Part shown: one piece after another, positions 59,668-64,000 of the stretch
Numbering within the stretch: position 1 is the stretch's first letter
How the letters are laid out: the number at the start of each line of letters is the position of its first letter
Source of the DNA: Candidatus Bathyarchaeia archaeon
GTDB lineage: Archaea; Thermoproteota; Bathyarchaeia; Bathyarchaeales; Bathycorpusculaceae
Length of the DNA stretch: 64,000 nucleotides
Direction of reading: 5' to 3'
NCBI GenBank assembly: GCA_038883775.1
Contig: JAVZLM010000005.1
Span: forward strand, 96,001 to 160,000
Program-made: the position numbers and the translations under genes
Notes under the pieces: generated by a model
The model's database searches: none
The model's input: only the letters and a program-made list of their open reading frames with translations
Told to the model about the DNA's origin: nothing

Positions 59668-60939
59668 TTATGCCGGCATTAGTGTTTGGTTTTCAAATTC
59701 GCCTCTAACGTATTGGTGAGGGTATATTTTTGTCGCCTTTAATTTACATCCTTCTGCGATTACGACATCGTCAGCTATGACTGAAACTGCGCTTATTTTT
59801 GTTGGTTTCTTCGAGTTTGAGAGGATGGTTACATGCCGTCCTATAATGCTTTCTTTTATCTCCGCCTTTTCCTCGATTATAACTCTGTCCATGATGGCGG
59901 AATTTTCTATTACAACGCCTTTGCCAATTTTAGTGTAATTGTCGATGCATGAATTCACTATTCTTGCGCCTTCTTCTATTTGACAGTGCCTTCCAATGAG
60001 AACGGCGCCTTCAACCTCTATTTTCCTTTCCTTAATTTTCTTTATAATTTCCTTTCTCCTCTTCATTGATTCTATGCTTTCGCCTTGAACCCAAATTCTT
60101 TTTTCTTCGCTTATTCTTCCGCCAAAGTCTGTTAATGAAGAAAAACGCCCCTGAAGCATGTCCTGCATTGTTTGTAAGTAACGTTTCGGGTTGCCAACAT
60201 CATACCAACTTCCTTTTAGGGTATAGCCATAAACTGGTCTTCTACTCTTTATTATGTAAGGAATAAAGTCATAGCCGAAATCTAGGCGCTGCTTCTCTTT
60301 AATTATTTTTTTAACGCCTTCTTCTTTGAATATTTTCCTTATTTCTGGCGAAACCATGTACAGGCCCGTGTTTGCAAGGTTGGATGGCGCATCTTTCGGC
60401 GCTGGTTTTTCCACAAACCTTGAGATTCGCATATCTTTGTCTATATCGGCTATTCCATAACCTTCAACATCTTCAACTTCCCTTAGGGCTATGGTCATGA
60501 TGGCGCCCTTTTTCTGGTGAAACTCCATAAGCTCTTTTAGGTTCACGTCAAAAATGTTGTCGCCTTGCACAGCGAAAATTGGATCCCTAACGTTGTAGTA
60601 TTCCATGTTTATTCTGGCTGAGTCTGCGCTTCCCAAATCTTCTATGTTTGGTTGATATTTTATGTGCACGCGGGGTTTTATGCCGTATCTAGCGGAAAAC
60701 CCATAACCCGACTCAAAATAGTCATGTAAATCCCTATAGTTTGTGTAGCCCTTCACTCCGAAAATGAAGTTTCTAATTCCTTGATTGGCGAGGGATAGTA
60801 GGGAAAATTCAATTAGTGGTCTATTCAGTATGCGCAGACAAGCCTTGCTTGTTTCTGCGGTAAGTGGAAGAAGCCTTGTGGCTTTTCCTCCAACGGGAAT
60901 TATCACTCTTAACCTTTCTGGCGCATAGTTAGGGTTCAA
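59668..60939 (-). CDS. NDP-sugar pyrophosphorylase with left-handed beta-helix C-terminus
   Basis: GGKATRLLPLT, QGD, FVEKP, WYDVG, hexapeptide repeats. Confidence 0.9.
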   Translation of the reverse strand: MNPNYAPERLRVIIPVGGKATRLLPLTAETSKACLRILNRPLIEFSLLSLANQGIRNFIFGVKGYTNYRDLHDYFESGYGFSARYGIKPRVHIKYQPNIEDLGSADSARINMEYYNVRDPIFAVQGDNIFDVNLKELMEFHQKKGAIMTIALREVEDVEGYGIADIDKDMRISRFVEKPAPKDAPSNLANTGLYMVSPEIRKIFKEEGVKKIIKEKQRLDFGYDFIPYIIKSRRPVYGYTLKGSWYDVGNPKRYLQTMQDMLQGRFSSLTDFGGRISEEKRIWVQGESIESMKRRKEIIKKIKERKIEVEGAVLIGRHCQIEEGARIVNSCIDNYTKIGKGVVIENSAIMDRVIIEEKAEIKESIIGRHVTILSNSKKPTKISAVSVIADDVVIAEGCKLKATKIYPHQYVRGEFENQTLMPA

Positions 60940-61036
60940 AAGCCTACCACCAACAGATTTAGAAATGGTTTACTTATGCCAAACGTATTAAACTTTCGAA
61001 TTTAATCGTGAATTTTATAACTTTGAAGGAAAGCTA

Positions 61037-61906
61037 ATGTTATGGCAGGATTTAAACATGAGAAAAGTCAGCGGGTATCTGCGTTTAATGCGTCCAATAA
61101 ACTGTTCAATGATGGGCTTTGCTGTCATAGTGGGCGCAGCCCTAGCAAACCCAAAATTTTTAGGCGTCGGTTGGCAAAACCTCACATACGGTTTTATCAC
61201 CGGTTTCGCTTTAACAGCCGCTTCCATGGCTATAAATGACTATTATGATAGAGAAATTGACGCAGTAAACGAGCCAAAGCGTCCAATCCCAAGCGGCTTA
61301 ATCCAGCCTAAAAACGCCCTAATCTTTGCATCAACGCTAACGGCGATAGGTTTCATAAGCGCCTTTCTAACAAACATTCTTTGTTTCTTAATAGCCATAA
61401 TTGCATGGATAATCTTTGTAGCCTACACCACTGTTGGAAAGCGTAGCGGTTTGCCCGGCAACTTTCTCGTCAGCACATGTGTATCCATGCCATTTATTTA
61501 TGGAAGCGTAACCGCAGTTAACACTGTTATGCCGAATGTTTTGATTTTCGTTTTAATGGTTTTTCTTTCAAACACTGGTAGAGAGATAACGAAGGGTATA
61601 GTTGATGTTCAAGGGGATAAACTGCAGAATGTGAGAACTTTGGCTGTTCTTTATGGAGAGAAGAAAGCCGCCATAACTGCAGCATCATTTTATTTTTCTG
61701 CGGTTCTTTTAAGCCCAGTCCCATGGCTTTTGGAAAATGTTTCTTTTTGGTTCCTTCCCTTTGTGGCTATAACTGATTTTGGACTTTTGGCTTCCGCATT
61801 CATGCTTCTTAAAGATTTTTCGAGGAAAAACGCCAGAAAAATCAAAAACACGGTCCTTTTATGGTTTCTCATTGGTTTGTTAGCCTTTATTGCTGGAGCC
61901 TTTTAG
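61037..61906 (+). CDS. UbiA-family prenyltransferase, probably digeranylgeranylglyceryl phosphate synthase
   Basis: RPIN, INDYYDREIDAVNEPKRPIPSG, REITKGIVDVQGD. Confidence 0.88.
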   Translation: MLWQDLNMRKVSGYLRLMRPINCSMMGFAVIVGAALANPKFLGVGWQNLTYGFITGFALTAASMAINDYYDREIDAVNEPKRPIPSGLIQPKNALIFASTLTAIGFISAFLTNILCFLIAIIAWIIFVAYTTVGKRSGLPGNFLVSTCVSMPFIYGSVTAVNTVMPNVLIFVLMVFLSNTGREITKGIVDVQGDKLQNVRTLAVLYGEKKAAITAASFYFSAVLLSPVPWLLENVSFWFLPFVAITDFGLLASAFMLLKDFSRKNARKIKNTVLLWFLIGLLAFIAGAF

Positions 61907-61915
61907 GGTGAAAAC

Positions 61916-62632
61916 TTGATTGGTGATGAAGTGTTTGCAAACGTTCTTTTAATGCTTCTATGCTATTTTTACATACTGCTAATAATTTTTGTTTCTGGCA
62001 GAATGGACAAAATTTTAGACATACAACGAAAGACTTCCAGAAAATTCTTGCACATAATGATTGGAAACTTACCCTTCATAATTCCATTCTTTACATCAAA
62101 CATTTACCCATTTCTTGTTGCAGCCCCCTTCATACCAATAACATTTTTCGCATCAGCCTATTCTCCATTTAAAAATTTAAGCACAAAAATGAAGGGACTT
62201 GCAGACATAACCGAGGAAGGGCATCAGTTAGGACTGGTTTTTTATGCCATATCCTACACTGTTTTGGCTTTGTTTTTCGCTTTTAAACAGTATGTTATGG
62301 TTTTGGCAGCAGGTATTTTGCCTATGGCTTATGGTGATGCAGTAGCCTCTATAGTTGGAGAAAAGTTTGGCAAGAGAAAATATGGAGTTTTTGCAGAAAA
62401 AAGTCTTGAAGGCTCAGCTGCAATGTTCCTTGCCAGCTTCATCGTCTTCACCTTCAGCCTCTTCTATTTTTCTCTAATACTGCCATTCTCATTCGTAGAC
62501 AAACTTTTCTCTGCGGTTACCGTGGCCGCAGTCACAACCTTAGTTGAGGCGTTTACGCCATTAGGCTTTGACAATTTAACTGTGCCAGTCTTCGGCGCTT
62601 TGACCTTCTTCCTTTTGAACGGAGGATTGTAA
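61916..62632 (+). CDS. CTP-dependent polyprenol/diacylglycerol kinase family (dolichol/phytol kinase-like)
   Basis: SRKFLHI, GDAVASIVG, KSLEGS, GFDNL. Confidence 0.85.
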   Translation: MIGDEVFANVLLMLLCYFYILLIIFVSGRMDKILDIQRKTSRKFLHIMIGNLPFIIPFFTSNIYPFLVAAPFIPITFFASAYSPFKNLSTKMKGLADITEEGHQLGLVFYAISYTVLALFFAFKQYVMVLAAGILPMAYGDAVASIVGEKFGKRKYGVFAEKSLEGSAAMFLASFIVFTFSLFYFSLILPFSFVDKLFSAVTVAAVTTLVEAFTPLGFDNLTVPVFGALTFFLLNGGL

Positions 62633-62637
62633 GCTCA

Positions 62638-63201
62638 TTGGTTTTTATAGTAATAGATGGGTTGGATGCTTCTGGAAAAAACACTCAAGCCTTTAGACTT
62701 TACAACTTTCTAAAAAGTAATGGAAAAACAGTCTATTTACGCTTTCACCCGTCAAACGACAATTTTTTTGGAATCAAAGCAAAACAATTTCTTTATTCAA
62801 AGGGTAGAAGCGCCCATTTTGCGGCAGCCCTCTTTTACATGGTTGATGTTATCCGTTCAATTCTGCTCTATTCTTGGAGAAAATTTGACTGCATAATTTT
62901 TGTCCGTTATTTGATGGGAACCGCTTACTTACCATCACCATTACATACAATTGCCTACCACTTTTTCGCTTCAATGGTGCCAACATCAAATTTCATGTTT
63001 TTTCTCGACGTTACCCCCGAGGAAGCATATAAAAGAATACAACAAGTGCGGAAAAAACGGGAAATGTTTGAAAGCTTTGAGGAATTGGAAAAGATTAGGC
63101 GTAAAGCACTATATTTGGCGTTAATCGGCGAATGGAAAATTATAAACGCAAACAGACCAGCAAAGGAGATAGAAAAAGAAATCATTGAGCATTTCTGTTA
63201 A
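62638..63201 (+). CDS. Thymidylate-kinase-fold protein (divergent)
   Basis: FIVIDGLDASGKNTQ P-loop, FLDVTPEEA; FVRY in place of the TMK DRY motif. Confidence 0.75.
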   Translation: MVFIVIDGLDASGKNTQAFRLYNFLKSNGKTVYLRFHPSNDNFFGIKAKQFLYSKGRSAHFAAALFYMVDVIRSILLYSWRKFDCIIFVRYLMGTAYLPSPLHTIAYHFFASMVPTSNFMFFLDVTPEEAYKRIQQVRKKREMFESFEELEKIRRKALYLALIGEWKIINANRPAKEIEKEIIEHFC

Positions 63202-63267
63202 CATGGTTGTTCTTGTTCTAAAAATTGGACTTATAAGCCTCGCATGCTATGGATTTAATTTAGAGAA

Positions 63268-63726
63268 GTGTGGCACCCATTGAGTGAGGAGGATGAAGCC
63301 AAATTTGAATATGCGCTTCGGGGGAAGGACTGGAAAGTTTATTGGCTTCTCTTAAAAAACGGTCGCCCAATGAGTGTACGCGAAGTTCAAAGAGCCCTCC
63401 ATTTCAGCAGTCCAAGCGTGGCGCAGCACCACCTTGAACAATTACGCGAATTAGGCTTGGTGCAGAAACATGACATCGGTGGACACTATTCTTTAGTTAG
63501 CGAAGTCAAAATCGGTGTGCTTAGACATTTCGTCAAGTTGGGCAGAATCTTATTTCCGAGATATTTCTTTTACGCAGTTTTCTCCACAACCTTCTACGTG
63601 GCTTATCTCCTATTTTTAATGCAGGGCTTCACAAGAGAAAACCTTTTCATAATCTTCTTTGGAGCCATAATTTCAGCAATATTTTGGTATGAAGCCATTC
63701 GCATATGGTCTCTGAAACCGTTCTAG
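63268..63726 (+). CDS. Membrane-anchored winged-helix transcriptional regulator
   Basis: SVREVQRALHFSSPSVAQHHLEQL HTH plus two C-terminal TM helices. Confidence 0.8.
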   Translation: MWHPLSEEDEAKFEYALRGKDWKVYWLLLKNGRPMSVREVQRALHFSSPSVAQHHLEQLRELGLVQKHDIGGHYSLVSEVKIGVLRHFVKLGRILFPRYFFYAVFSTTFYVAYLLFLMQGFTRENLFIIFFGAIISAIFWYEAIRIWSLKPF

Positions 63727-63799
63727 TTTCTGTATTAGGTTGTACTAGAGATTAGAATAAAATATGATGAAAATGCTTGTTTAAGTTAGGCGATTGAGA

Positions 63800-64000
63800 A
63801 TGCAGAAGGAAATTAAGAAGCGTGCGTACGTTTATGGTTTTGCCGCTGTTCTCCTAGCAATATTGTTAGGCTCATTATGCTATAATCTTGGAGTTAATCC
63901 ACAATTTGGAGAACCCACCAAGCCAACACCACCCATAGAGCCTTCCCCCGCCCCATCCCTCACAGCCTTAAGGACATTCTCATCCCTAGACGAGCTTAGA
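63800..64000 (+). CDS. N-terminus of a membrane-anchored secreted protein (possibly beta-propeller domain protein), truncated by the window end
   Basis: MQKEIKKRAYVYGFAAVLLAILLGSLC, Pro-rich linker, LRTFSSLDELR; open to the window edge. Confidence 0.6.
   Translation, partial: MQKEIKKRAYVYGFAAVLLAILLGSLCYNLGVNPQFGEPTKPTPPIEPSPAPSLTALRTFSSLDELR

Noticed and set aside
61-63185. Many 60-155 aa ORFs in the track that are antisense to or nested in recognised genes
   Set aside because: They are shadows of well-supported genes, with no motifs or start signals of their own.
1-64000. CRISPR array, rRNA or tRNA genes
   Set aside because: No regularly spaced repeats or recognisable structural RNA genes seen; the window is almost fully protein-coding.

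Overview
Archaeal chromosomal segment. The gene set and order (TFB, Gar1, aCPSF1, Alba, Spt5, eL39/eL40/eS19, G1PDH, DGGGP synthase, Ftr, Cren7-like domain) suggest a TACK lineage, most likely Bathyarchaeia; this placement is inference. Most of the window is housekeeping: purine synthesis, aspS, sucCD, ribosomal/translation clusters, and lipid and sugar genes. Two things stand out. (1) An 11,328-bp cargo transposon (15504-26831) with perfect 19-bp terminal inverted repeats, a 6-bp ATAAAA target duplication and a single IS4-superfamily (IS5/IS1182-like) DDE transposase. It carries an N4/N6 methyltransferase, several PD-(D/E)xK nucleases, small regulators and unknown genes. (2) A purF-purD cluster facing purLQ with no purN/purT in the window. 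It instead carries a HAD phosphatase-like gene, a formyltransferase (Ftr) paralog and a PfkB kinase, which is a candidate alternative route for GAR formylation. No rRNA, tRNA or CRISPR array was seen. All family assignments come from motif recognition by eye, not database searches.
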